From assembly GCF_025526975.1 (NCBI RefSeq), contig NW_026515701.1, positions 1 through 64,000 of the forward strand: a stretch of 64,000 nucleotides of DNA, written 5' to 3'. This document shows positions 47,422 to 60,358 of the stretch, in pieces. This DNA comes from Fimicolochytrium jonesii. Lineage: Eukaryota. The notes beneath the pieces are model-generated. The model was not told where the DNA came from. It did no database searches and saw only the letters and a program-made list of their open reading frames with translations. Numbering within the stretch: position 1 is the stretch's first letter; the number at the start of each line of letters is the position of its first letter. The translations under genes were made by a program, and so were the position numbers.

Positions 47422-50367
47422 CTATGTTGCCTGGCGCGGCTCGCAGGCTAAGGACATGGCTTGCAAGTTGGCCATACTAGTTTCTAATGGCGGATTGGCC
47501 AAGTATTCTTGTATCTCGTCCTCAAGATCAAACCACTTGTAATCAATCCGCCCTAAAGATACTATGTCCGTGATGCATTTCTCAATCAGCTGCATCTTCT
47601 GAAAGTTGATCATCTGCGTGTCTTTGATGATAGTTTCGTTGCCGTCGTTTATGAAAGTTAAGTCCTTGATAAACAATGCTGTGAAATGCAAAATTTGCGT
47701 TAGTTTGACGCTGCCCGATGCTCCGATATCAAAAAGTCCGATAGTAACTCGCTACGTACGCAAGAACGGCACTAATGGTGGATCGGCGTCAATAAGCTTC
47801 GTCCGATACGATTTGAAATTCTTGGACACATCTGTTACTGACTGCAGATCGGCAAGAGCCTTTCTTCGAGCATCAGAAAGACCCTGAATATCAAGTCGTC
47901 AGTCCAGTTCAACGTGAATCGGGAAAACCGCAGTGTATTCACCTCCCAAGTCTTCTTTAGCCTTTGAACCGGTGACAGGTTCAAACCGAACATGATTGCA
48001 AACAAGCTGAAATAGTTCTGGGCGTCATAGCAACCCTAAAGGAAGGAGGTTTAGCTAGGCACTGGTGCAGGATTCCAAGGACATGCATCAGTGCGCGCAT
48101 TAGTAAATGGAAGCGCACCTTTGCGACTTTTAGGAAGATGCTTAGCACCGCTGTCCTCGTCTTCAAGTTGGGTTTGTTAACGATCTCCGTTGCCACCCAA
48201 AAGGATTCCTTATCAAATCTTTCGATGAAGAATGTGAGATTCAAGGAGGCCTTTCCCCAGATTTGGGCCGTGTAGTCTATTGGATCGATCATCTATGAAA
48301 GATCCAAGCTTGATGAGTTTCGTATATTGCCGACAGCCTCAACCGATTACTGCCTACTGACCCTGAACAATGTGGAATTGTACAGGCACAATTGCTGTGC
48401 CAGTATTTCCGGATCGATATCTTCCTTGATGCGCGACTCCTCCAGACTTCGCGGCTCCTGCGCGGCAACCATCATCCTGGCGATCTGCTCGGACCGTACT
48501 GCGTGCTTGTTGGACTGCTTCTTCATTAGCTGCAGCATTTGCTCCGCCTCCGCTGGAAACCTCTGCCCTAGCTGATCTATAGCAGCTTCTAAACTTGTTC
48601 GCATCTCAAGCGGTTCAAAATCGTGCCAATGGGTACGGATCCAAGTTCTCAAAAATTCCACCGCTACAACATACTTGCTGGATCTAAGTTGGCAATTTAG
48701 ATGTTTGCTCAGGGCGATGATGCTTCCCCTTCACAAGATCCTGTACTCACTGCAATGGCCCGTTATTCAACCACCGCTGTCCAGCTCCTTCGGAAGATGC
48801 AGCTTTGAGATGCTCAAACACCCATGCAGACAACTCGGTCGGGCTTGCAAATTTTCGATACGTTAGGAGGAAAACTCGCCAGAATGAATCGCTGGCTGTC
48901 CCTGAAAGCGCAGCCTCGAAAAGTGCATCCTTCGTCGCAGCAATATACTGTCCACTGAATAAGCTGATGAGCCAGACGCATCTCAAGACTGCCAAGCTCA
49001 TTGCTCCTTACTTCCGTGTGATCCTGGCGAGGTTCCCGTCCTCTCCATGTTCTCTCAGATCTGTCCCGCTGTCTACACTTTCCTGGACAGATATTTTGGG
49101 AATCTTCGACCAGGAATGAGATTCTGCCTTTGCGTCCTCTTGGTACGGTAGTAGATATTTTGCCAGAATGCTTTTCAACATATCAGGGGTCGCCGGCTTT
49201 GGCAACACCTCGTTTATTCCCGCGGCCTTGTAAATGTCCGCGAGCGCAACCGCAACGGTATCGCTGATGGCCACGATGGGTATTAGCTTGTTATCACCCA
49301 GGATGCGGGCTGCGACCTGATCAGGGGGTTCATCCTGAGCGCCTGCTGCCAGCATATCGCCTGAAGCATTGACAGAAGCGGCACGCAACCGGCGCTTTGG
49401 CTTCAAAGTGAGGGATATAGGGGCGGATCCGCCAACGCTGGCGCGGCGTCGTGGAAGTGAATAGAAAGCTTTTATCTCCGGCAAGAGGCCCGATATATCC
49501 GGCTTCGTAGCTCCATCGGCTTCGTCCACCGCAGAGTTTGAGCCGGATTTCAGCCCCGATCTCGAGCCGCTTTCAGCTGATGGCAAAGTGCCAGAGATCG
49601 CGCGGTACAAATCGCCTGAGCTGGGGCGGTGTAAAGCCCCGCCCGAATCTCGCCTGCCAAAAGCTCCAGGAGGCCCATTGGATTCCGATTTTGGCGGCGG
49701 TTCCCTGATGAGTTTTGTGGCAAGGATGCCGTTGATTATGGGCATTTCTGTTGGGGAAGGGAAGGTGGAGATAGGGTTTGGGCGTCCAGTCAGCTCCTTC
49801 CGCCGGGAACGACACCATGACCGATGACGAGATGACAACCGCCCCTGAGCACCTACGGATATCTATCAAAATCATATCATATCTACATAGCCCTGCATCA
49901 TTAGAAAGTCCATTACGTTCGAACCACCCGCTTCATAGAACTTCGAGACTTACCGCTTGTACGTAAGGCCTTTCATAAGGCTGAGTCCATCCGGATAGAT
50001 GTCATCTGCACGCTCCCGGAGTTAGATGTCGGTTAAGCAAATGTCGGCGGATTCAAGAACACAGCGATCGCTCACCATCGTTGACTGTCACACCATGCAC
50101 TCGGCGGAGACATTTCTGGCGGCATCGGCGGGGGAATAAACATCAACATTCACTAACATCACCGGTGAGACCCACAAATTGGTCGCTTACAGCCATGATT
50201 TTCGAGACGACCGCATTGTCATCCTGGAGGAAATATCCAATTTGAGATGAATATACGGTAAACCAGCCAATCCAAGGAACAAATCATCCTACCGCTATCG
50301 CCACGCGGAATGCAGAAAAATCATCTATCGTGCTTGATCTCGCCACTTTGGGCCTGCGGAGCGTCAT
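47422..50367 (-). CDS. Response-regulator receiver (REC) domain fused to REM + CDC25 RasGEF
   Basis: Exons 50367-50293, 50223-50191, 50115-50076, 50005-49954, 49882-49857 and 49747 onward splice in frame to RVAIADDNAVVSKIMA...RYDMILIDIQMPIINGILATKLIRE...IPIVAISD...VLPKP. Downstream: FLLTYRKF, FLRTWI, LAQQL, FWVATEI, VQRLKKTWE, KDLTFINDGN, INFQKM. Confidence 0.9.
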
Positions 50368-51080
50368 TCTGAGTTGATTTCGTGTGCGCCAAAGCTATCC
50401 GGACTGGCTTGGAACAAATGTCGTAAATTTCAGGCTGTGGAAAACGATCGTGGCTACAACTCTGGAGTTCAATTCAGCTCCCGTTCTACGTATGTGCTGG
50501 GGGCGCGAGAGATTACTCAGTTTGAGCTATGGTGGAATTCACGAACGCTGGCTGGCTAGCTCGCGAGCTCACAAATACGATGCCCGACCTATCTTCATTT
50601 TAGGCAGTCAAGGAGCAGCATTCATCTAGAAACCATGTAGTACAGTAGTATAGAGAGAGAAGAAAGGTTCATAGTCGGCGGAGTCGAAACGCGTGCTGTC
50701 ATACATTTGTCCGGTCGAGACACGGTCTCTCGCACACGTTATTTCAATTAAGGGACCGACCGAACAATCGGCAACGCAGCTTTGGAGCCTTCCATTTATT
50801 TTCCGTTTCCTTTCAGGTGCTTTGCTGAAATCTATGATAGTAACGCCCAGAAATACAGCAAGGTTTAAAATGACAGGTTTATTTCGATTTTTCACATAAA
50901 TTTTGATGTAGATTCCCAGTGTAATAAAACACTTCCCGACACATCACCCAACCCCACCCGTAAGTCCTCTTTGTTTCTGAATGTCCTTGCTTCGCATTGT
51001 CTATAAGTTCGCCTCGCTTTTTCCAGAAGTCTTGCATGCCCGGACTACGTATCCTCAAGGCCAAAACATCAAACCCCATC

Positions 51081-53094
51081 TCAACGTAAGCCGATGGTCC
51101 TCGCAGCCTTGAACCAGGCCGACATCAGCCATCCAGCGTTTTCCTCTTCGGCGGTCTCCTCGTCTTTGTCTTCTTGTTCGTCAGTATGCATCAGCTGGCT
51201 CGAAGTCGAAGACGCATCGTCCTTATCGTCCCACAACTCGGTTTCAGGGTTTGCGATCTCTTTCATGCGCTTGGATCTCCCTCCGGTGGTCCCCTTCTTT
51301 TGCTGCTTAGTTCCAAAAGTGACCTTCTTCTTTCTGGCAGCGCTGACAGGCTCGGCCGGCGCGTAGGCTGCTTTCATTGTGGCTGGAGGCTTAACAGGGG
51401 TGGGTTGAATTTCGAGGAAGCGACGACGTTTGCGGTCTTTGGTTGCAGGGGCATCCGAGGCGGCGTCGAGATTCTCTACGACCCGAGTTTCGTTGTCGCT
51501 GGTCTGGTTTTCCTGCTCATCGGTGGATCGCTTGCGTTTAGTGGCCGTACTCGGGGCACGAGGTGGCAAACCAGGGTCGTTGTGTCCTGTCGCCGGTTGC
51601 TTGACGGCACGAGCAGGGGACGCGACGGACGGGAAGATCGGACGAGGGATGGTTGGCGAGCTAGATAGGTCCATGTCGTGAGCTTCGCGCAAGGGCGTGG
51701 ACGCAAAGACAGGAGGAGCAGGAAGCGCGACTAGGTCGGGTCGTCTGGCCGGGCTACGCCCGGCGGCCGCCAACCGAGGAGATGAGCGAACCGGAGACGC
51801 GAGTAACGTAGGGATCGCTTTCAGAGGCGACTGGTCCAATCCAAATTTCTCAATCTCTTCCTGTTTTTCCTGGGGCGAGGCATGACGGATGCCTGATTTG
51901 CTAGGCGTTTTAGCGGCGGCGTCTTGCACTTGATGCTGATGCTCGGTGGACTCGGTAGGCGTAGACTCACGGTCGGACCTCTTGCTACGAGCGGATGATT
52001 TCTTGGTCGTCTGGGCAGCTTTAGAAGATTCCTCAATGGGCACGCCAACGTGTTCTTCCTCAGTCGCCGTCTCCGCAATGACAATATCCATCTGGGTGGC
52101 AGAAAGACTTGTTTCGACGGAGGTGCCGGGTTCGTCAGAAGTTTGGGTGACATTGATAGTGCGCTTCACGGTAGTAGAGCTGATAATGGCGGGCTCTATG
52201 GATGATTGTCGGCGAGCACTCTTGCGAGGGGAGGTCGGAGTACGTAGAGCAACAGCGGACGCCTGAGGCTCCGGAACGTGCTCCTCAGCGTCCGGATAGG
52301 CAACGCTTTCGTTTACAGGTTCGGTCTCATCAGCCGGTATGGTATTGGCCAACCGTTGACTCCTCCTGCGAGAATCAGCCGTTTCCAAAGCATTAAGACG
52401 ATCCATGAATTTCATATGGCCGTCCTGCTCGTCTTCACCAGAGGTGCCACCAAACTCGAACAAGGCCTTCTTCGAACGGAGATCTGGCCAGACGCGAGGC
52501 GTAGCACACGAAGAAGGACCTGCATCGCCTTCCGCAGCAGGCGCAATCATAGCGTTGAGACCTCCATCCTTCGAAGTGACTTTCCGAGCAGCCACAGCAG
52601 CCCTACGAGAAGGGGTCATGGGAGCAGCCCTGGTGGTCATGACTGCCGGAAGATGTGGAGCGGTAGATTCGGAATGTTCAAAAACTTCAATCTTGTTCTT
52701 GACGCTCATTCTTTCGGGTGCAAAATCGCCGTCTTCGCCTATGGGCGTAGTCCCTTCAATCGCAGCGACTTGGTTTCGGACCTTGTAGCGGCGGAGGGGA
52801 AGAATACGGCGGTCAGTTCCTTCCTGCTGCTGATGATATCTGCGGTCCAAATTTTGTCGCAAGGACTGCACGGCTGTGATGGACAGAGGGGAGAACGTCA
52901 AGTTGAATATCACACCCATCATCGTGCCTGCGCGCCAGAACCGTACCTTCAGACACACGTCGGCTTTTTTTCTTCGTGCTCTGCGGGGGCTGCATGGCGA
53001 CCTGCGCAGACTGGTCGTTGGAAGAAGAGATGGTGGCGCCTTGCACGGGGTCCTCCTCCGAAAGAACGAGTTGGACGTTCTTCCCTTTTCCCAT
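51081..53094 (-). CDS. Low-complexity S/T/P/E-rich hypothetical protein (2 exons)
   Basis: A 625-codon open frame with a probable 5' exon MGKGKNVQL. Many SP/TP sites, basic clusters and an amphipathic C-terminus. Confidence 0.7.
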
Positions 53095-53694
53095 CCTGAT
53101 TCGACTCGCGAGATCTATCACTTTTCGGTGACACAGAGAAGTGTGATGCGTATTCCACAACGGAAGGCGACGGTTCCGTCGATCACTCGCCCTCTCGTTC
53201 GCTTCTATTCGTGCCGCTCTGAAGCGGATGCTGGTTCTCGCGGCGAACTGGGCAGATCCGTGATCAGACGAGACGGACGAAGGGTTCGCCAGCCAGCCAG
53301 CGCGTTGGTGTGCAAAACCCTTCGTTCGGCAGCGCTAAGACACTGTGAGTAACATCCGTCCCCGCCGTGTCCGACGCCTCAAGAGTCAACATACGGCGTG
53401 AATTTCGGACGCGATTCGGACGCGTCAAGGCAGAGTGCATTCCCTACTATAGGCTTACGGCTGCCGCAGAAGCACAGGGGACTATTTGAGCCGAGGATTG
53501 ATGGCAATGAAGTAAATAGCTGAGATACGTATGGGCCTATGCATCCGACCTTCGAGGCTGAATATGTACATATACAGGCCATGATACCGGTTAAAGTGTG
53601 CAGAAATGCACCTTCAGAGGCTCCAAAGTACAAGAACGCATATATGCCCCAGCCCGTCAGAGGCGTGCAGGCCGTCCGCGATTCTCTCTCTTCA

Positions 53695-56600
53695 TCAGAA
53701 CGCTCTCTCCTTGCCCTTCTGGCTGCGAACCTGTCGAACCTCAGAGCTCTCGCTTTCGGTAGGTGGAGGGCGCGTAGGGCTCCATCCCACATGGAACTCC
53801 TCCACCTCCGCTGTCCCTCCACCAGTCCGTCCACCCGAGGAACTCCCAAGCTCGGGCGAGCGCAGAACGTTGAAGCGGATGTCCCGCATCTCAGCCGCCA
53901 TGCGCGCCCATTCGTCTTGTTCTTGTACGGAATCCTCTTCCTCACCCGCTACAGTCCCCTGTCGTCCCTGGTCCTCCTGGCGACGCGCCTCGGCGTCGGC
54001 ATCCGTAATATGCGTCCCAAGGACTTTCGCTAGATTCTCGTAATGCTTGCGAGTGTTGACCATCTGCGAATGGATAAATTTCTGCGTCTGCGCCTTGTCT
54101 CCCACCCCCGACCCGCTCTTCTGCGGTGCCTGGCGATTGCTTGTCCCCAAATGCGTTTTCAGTCCCCTTGCGGTACCCTTTCCGGCATCCCTCAATGCTC
54201 CTCCCCACCAATCTTCGACCATTTCGTTCATCGCATCCTCTCTATCTTCCAACTTTCGCTCCTCCGTCCCGATGCCAGCGGCCCGGACACTACCGCCGCT
54301 TCGCCACCGCCCTTTCCCTTTCTCCGCCTCCTCCTGCTTGATCCTCTCCAAGAGCCGACTCTGGTAGTTGACGATGAAGCTTGGGTACGCGTTATAGATA
54401 GGGTAGTCGCCTTTGGGTAGCGGTGCGAAGGGTTTGATATACGTCTTTGGGCGCAAAGAGGATGGGGTATGTGGACCCAGTTTATAGGCGGATGTCAGGA
54501 TAGTGGATAGTGGCCACGTCGGCATTTGATGCGTAAAGAAGAACTTAGGAGAAAACAGAACATTAAGATCAGCTGGCGATCAATCGTAGGACAGAAGAAA
54601 CGTGAACTCTGAAGTTCCTCACCTCGAAGTCCTCCTTCTTTGTGAGAGCGAGAAGTCCGATGCGATGCGCCTTCAAGTAGGCGATGAGAAAAAAGTACAT
54701 AAATTCCGGTGGATTCGATACGAAATGGTCCCAGAGCGTAAGCCAGTCTGGCGTGGAAAGTATAGACGAAAAAAGCGAGCGCAAGATCGTCCATGCATAC
54801 CCCTATGATCAATCAGACGGCGATGTCACTTTATTGAGTTGCGTTGTTCCCAAGTATCGTTAAGTTACGTGAGAGTGGATGAACTCACCTGACTCGTCAC
54901 TTCGTGCCGGGTGAAATGATCCAGAAGAGCCCCATCGTGAAAACGAAGCAAATCCTCAATCATAACCAGGCACTCTATTGGCGGGTGTGGATAGTACTCC
55001 CACCACTTCTGGCACCAGTTTACTAGCATTGACAGAGAGGTATCAGCATCAAAGCCATGGAAAGCATGACAATACGCACATAACTCACACAAAACAGTCA
55101 ATATCACCTCAAAGGCCATGAACAAGTCCCCCAGAAACGCCTTTACAAATGGGAACACCATAGCGGGCAGGTTCTCCATGCCCTGAAAGACCGGAGACCA
55201 GAACGCCAGAGCCGAGAGCACCCGCTCAACGCTCGTAGCTACTCTATCGCTCTTAATCGGAAACTGTTGTCTGAAATTCTTCGAAACGATATGTGGACCC
55301 TGGTTGAGGAGAGCCTCGTACGCAAGTCGATTTTCGGGAAGGCGGAGGAGGATGCGCCAGATGAGGGAGCGGTATTGCGGTGGGTAGGAGGTGTAGTGAT
55401 GCAGACATTTGAGCAGACGGGGTCGAGTCAAGGTCAAGGGGCTCTCCTATAATGAAGCAGGAACTTTCGTTACAGACTGGTCTGATGGTTGGGACGCTCC
55501 GGGAGACAGGAGCAGCGAATTGGTACCTTGTGCTCCAACAGATCATGCAGGGCTTGCTTCTTTGGAATTTTTCCATCTTGTAAGACATGTGCGGGATTGG
55601 TCGGCTTCACATGAAACCGGAAGTCAAATGTTAGGTTATCCGCGCGCCGCTTCAATTGCGACAGCTATATGGACTCACTTGTTGAGCATGTTGCTGCAAA
55701 GACACGTCAACCGTAACCTGGTCGGCTTCCTCGGTCAGGATTTCATCAATACCGACAAGGTTGATGATATGCCTCGATTCGCGCAGTATGGCGGACAAAA
55801 TCCGTCCATCGGGTGAAGGGGCGAACCCCTGGAACTGGTCGAGACGCTCGACGTCAGAACATTCCTCGCTTCGCTGCCATAAGACGGTATTCAAGAACTA
55901 CCTTATTCCCTCCCGATAGCTGACCAACAAATTTAGCTTCCGCAACATCGACGAAGATTAACTCCCCAGAGTCGGACAACATTCCGACTATCTGAAAAGC
56001 AACGATGAGCCGTTGGCGGGGACAAACACTGAAAATGTGCCCCATACATTAGAAGCTCCCAGAAAGGCCATTTGCACCACACCGTCTTCGGCCAAAGTCG
56101 GGACCGTGATCTCATGCAGTAGCCTTCGTTCTACCAGATGCCACACATACACCTTCCCAGGAAACGGCGCGTACGCCATCAGCTCGCCGTTGCTCGAGAC
56201 CGCCAATGATGACCTTTGTTGAGATTCCGCAGCGATGTCTTTCCCCAAAAGCGTGCCAAGATTGATATTCCATTGGACCAGAAATGTATCAGGGTCCCAC
56301 AAGATGATCGTGGCGTCTGCGAAAGCGGTGATGATAGAGGATCCTGTCGCCGAAAAGCAGGCATGTCTGATACCGCTATTGGCTCCTACTAGAAGGCGTT
56401 TCCGTGTCCACGTTTCGGAGTCCCAGAGTATGGATTCGCTTTCGCTGCTTGATATGAGTAAGGGAAGGGTTGGGTGTGGTGAGAGTGACGTTGTTGGGGA
56501 GGTGTGATGGACGGGTAGCTTGCATATGAGCTGGCAAGTGTCTGCAGTCCGTAGTGAGTTTAAGACGGTAGATCCCTGTGCATTCGGTATGAATCCACTC

Positions 56601-57190
56601 ACCGATGTTGTAGCACAGGATGGAGTTATCGGAGAGCCCGACAATCAACTCCCTCCTTCTCACTGGGTTGAAGACTAAGCACGATCCGGAAATCCCCGAG
56701 CGACCAATCAGCCAGAACCTGCAAGATGGGGTGTTCATGGAAAAATAATACTGGGAGGATGCGTATGGGGTACACATACTTGTTTCTCATGACATCAAAT
56801 GCATAGATGCTCCCTCGTTGATCCAGAGCGGCCAGAACAAACTGTAGCGAGGGCCCGGCCGCCGACTGCGACTCTGACAGCGGCGCCATCTCTTTACTAA
56901 AGCACACGCATGTAAAGTATACGGCGCGGTGCCGGGCCGCAATAGAATGCGTCTTCGGTATGGCTTCATTATGTATACGGAGGAGAGTGCTGTTGTCAAA
57001 GGTGAAAACGACACGCCCTTAGCACCGAGAGCACATTCACGAGTGTGACCGGAGTTGCATACCCTCGCTTCCGGCTTCGGCCTAAAAGTTTCCTCCATTC
57101 GGCTGTCGTTAATAGTGGGCCCGACTTGACGTCGGAGACGAAGACTGCTCGGGGCCCTGCGCTATCAACGTTTCTTATGGTCGCGGCCAT
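53695..57190 (-). CDS. TBC1D31: WD40 + TBC domain protein, TBC1D31/WDR67-like
   Basis: N-terminal WD repeats, then YPPQYRSLIWRILLRLPEN, NWCQKWWEYYPHPP, WLTLWDHFVSN and YPIYNAYPSFIVNYQ. Confidence 0.88.
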
Positions 57191-57652
57191 CTTGACGATG
57201 GGCAGCCGTTTCGGCTGTTGTCGTTGAGCAAGTTGTTATCAACAAGAGTAGCAGAGAGTACCAGTAGAGTCGCAGCTGAGGCATTCGCTCTGTCTAGTGG
57301 AGGTCCTCACGCCTGACCGCAAATAACCATGAGACTTTCTGTGGGGTAAACGCACAGATACCCCATTGACGGCAGACAACGCGTTCGCCTGGACGTTTCG
57401 TCCGAAATACGTTTGGCCACGTGACGCTGAGTTTATTGGTTTATTTGCGTCCCTGTTTATCGGAACTTCGCTATTGCGATTTTCGCTCGTTCTGGAGCTC
57501 CATGGAACGTATTCGAGTCCCCAACACATATCCTGGGCTCCAAAGGGAAGGAACTCCGGATCTAAAGTCTCGTCCTCACCCGTGTCGGTTATCGAAAACT
57601 GATCCTTGAACACCGTCATTTGCGTACGGTCGCTTTTGTGAAATAATTCAGC

Positions 57653-59218
57653 ATGGGCAAAGCTGGAAAGCTGGCAAAGCGTCGAAGGCTTATGAACCAG
57701 GGTGGGGCCGCAGACGGTCCCCTGGCAAAGAAAGCATTCCGTCCGGCTGTTCCGCTCCCTAGTCCTCCGCCGGCCTTGTCCTCTGCTTCGGGATCCGACG
57801 TTGAGGGAGGAAAGGGTACAAAGCGTACCCTAGAGCCAGAGGAGGACAATGAAATCAGCGACGTTGAAGAGCTTGTCGGCGACCTCATTCCATCGCATGA
57901 CTTGGCCCTCACAATCCAGACTCTTACGATGCTCGAGGAGAACCCGGCCGTGATTCGCGGCAAAGGCTTCAAGGCGCTTCGTGCTACGTTGCACCGACTG
58001 CAAACTACTATGGCGAGGACCGCTGGCGTAGGGGCCGGCAACACGCTGAGCGGACGGATCTCGGATGCGTTGACAGACGGACGATGGAACGATGCCCACC
58101 TTGCGCTGGCCGAAATGCGAGAACGTGGCCAGACTCCGAAATTAGGGGCTTTACAACGCTGGGTGCGTGACTGCGATGCAGTGTCGTCAGCTGATAAGAA
58201 AGTGGCCGGAGACAAGCAGAACGAGGATGTATTGAGAGTTCTCGATGCCATTTTGAGGACTGCGGATCCGGATGTGGTGCCTGCATTGGATTCCGATGAC
58301 GAAGCGAGGGTGGTGCAGTATCAGCCACCTTGGACTGCCCCAAGTGGGCACGCCGGAGTCGAGTCACAGGGCGAGAAGAACGAACTCACAGATGAAGAGA
58401 TCAGAGCTCGCTTCAGGGTAGTTGCACATGAGAAAGGTCCGGAGCGTCGTACACCAAACCGGCAAGACTTCATCATGTATACGTCCTTACCGGGGACGAT
58501 TACGCCATCTCCGGCCTCTTCCACGCCTCTGGTGACTCGCATCGACGTCCCCAATGTTCCGGGGGCCTTCCTGTTGCAAGATGTCCTTACGGCTGCCCAA
58601 TGCGCTCAGATCCTTCGCACAACTGAAGCAGTGGGTTACACGCCCGATGAACCCATCGCCGGCGCTGCATCGGAACAAACCTCGGTGTTGGCGCATAACC
58701 TTTTCTGGCTCGCCGACACTGAATTACTCGGCATGATATTCGACCGCGTCAAAGAGCACTTGCCACAAACGCTCCCCAGCATCTCACCAACATCGCCTCC
58801 GAAACTCGCGGGTATCAACTCCAGATGGCGCGTTTATCGATACGTCCCAGGCGCCGTCTATCGCCCACACATCGACGGTGCGTGGCCCGCGTCGGGTCTG
58901 GACCCTCAAACCGGTGAATATGTGTACGACATGTACAAGGACCGACGCTCCAAGCTGACCTTCCTTGTGTACCTGAACGACGGTTTCGACGGAGGACACA
59001 CCACGTTTTTCATCCCATCGGCGGTACCGGGCAAGATGAACGCTTACCCCGTGCAGCCGAGGGCTGGTTGCGTGCTATGTTTCCCGCATGGAGAAGCTAA
59101 GGGGGCCCTGCTCCATGAAGGCAGCCCGGTGATTCAGGGCAAGAAGTACATCATCAGGGCAGATGTCCTTTACACGCTGCCCGATGGCGGGGGTGCTATG
59201 TCTATCTCAGATAGCTAG
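57653..59218 (+). CDS. 2-oxoglutarate/Fe(II)-dependent dioxygenase (prolyl 4-hydroxylase-like) with N-terminal helical extension
   Basis: Single exon, 521 aa. HxD (RPHIDG), LTFLVYLND.F.GG.T, distal His (LLHEG) and KYIIR. Confidence 0.88.
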   Translation: MGKAGKLAKRRRLMNQGGAADGPLAKKAFRPAVPLPSPPPALSSASGSDVEGGKGTKRTLEPEEDNEISDVEELVGDLIPSHDLALTIQTLTMLEENPAVIRGKGFKALRATLHRLQTTMARTAGVGAGNTLSGRISDALTDGRWNDAHLALAEMRERGQTPKLGALQRWVRDCDAVSSADKKVAGDKQNEDVLRVLDAILRTADPDVVPALDSDDEARVVQYQPPWTAPSGHAGVESQGEKNELTDEEIRARFRVVAHEKGPERRTPNRQDFIMYTSLPGTITPSPASSTPLVTRIDVPNVPGAFLLQDVLTAAQCAQILRTTEAVGYTPDEPIAGAASEQTSVLAHNLFWLADTELLGMIFDRVKEHLPQTLPSISPTSPPKLAGINSRWRVYRYVPGAVYRPHIDGAWPASGLDPQTGEYVYDMYKDRRSKLTFLVYLNDGFDGGHTTFFIPSAVPGKMNAYPVQPRAGCVLCFPHGEAKGALLHEGSPVIQGKKYIIRADVLYTLPDGGGAMSISDS

Positions 59219-60358
59219 ATATAGGTCGTACTTACCTCGTCATCCTCGCATTTGAATCCCGCAATCCATGTCATGCAGTGTGTTGTGTATACCCTCTTTT
59301 GTTTTGCAATCAAAGCCATTATCGTTCCAAACGCGGAGAGGTTACTACACAGTACGTAGGCTGAAATCCACGATATAGGCGATGGATGCTTGACCCATGA
59401 CAATTTTTTTCTTCGCCTCCGATCCTAACCTCCTCTTCGCCTTCTATCCACCCCCTTTCTGACCAAATCATAGGAAGAAACGCCGCCGTTCTGGAATTCT
59501 GGCATGAACATTTCGAAGTATAATACGCTGCTTGAAATCCAGGTCCATGTTGCCATCTGGAGCTCTGTACCGAAGGACGACCACCACTGCCACCACTAAA
59601 TTTATAAAGGGCCCGAGGATTGACGGCCATCACCAAACTGGCTCTTGCAATGAAAGTAATGAAGAAAAGCGACTTCGACTGTGTTCCAGTGCATCGAAGT
59701 AGAAGCGAAAATGTACTGGTCAATCAACCCGCATAATACAGCACAGTAGGGGTGGGTTTTCGCTATTCTACCGCAAACTGAGCCGAAAAAGAACATGGGA
59801 AAAGACCGGAAAAGGCCGGGCCAAGAAGAAGCAGAACTCAGCCGGTAGTAATTGGTCAATAATCCTGTGCGATGAAGAAAGAAAATGCTTCAGACCTTCT
59901 CATAGCGGCACCTGCCATTATATATGGAAGAGCAATGTGAGAGGCTTTCGGTGGACAGTTGCACCTTTGGGAGGGCTATCTGCATTGCTTACGAAGCTCA
60001 GCGACCCTTCCTATGCTCGGAAAGAACTCAGCAAGCGGTGGTTCGGAACCCATGTGTCCTCGGTCTTCAATATTTGGTCCCGACATCTCCGTGTCTAACG
60101 ATGGCCCTTCTCATATTTGACCACCGACGACCTCATTCATCAGGCCTCTCCGAAGGGCGTCGACGAATCGGCGTTTCGTGATGGCCAAACAGTTGAAACA
60201 AACGACGAGAACCCGGTCTGCAGCACCCGAGTTTTGTGACGTTGTTTTTAATTCCCATGAAGGTCATTATGGCAAAGCCGCCAGCACGTCGCAGGTCGGC
60301 GTGCGCCGGTATCTATCTATGAAGTGGATCTATGTACAGAAGAAAGGAGGGAGAGTCT

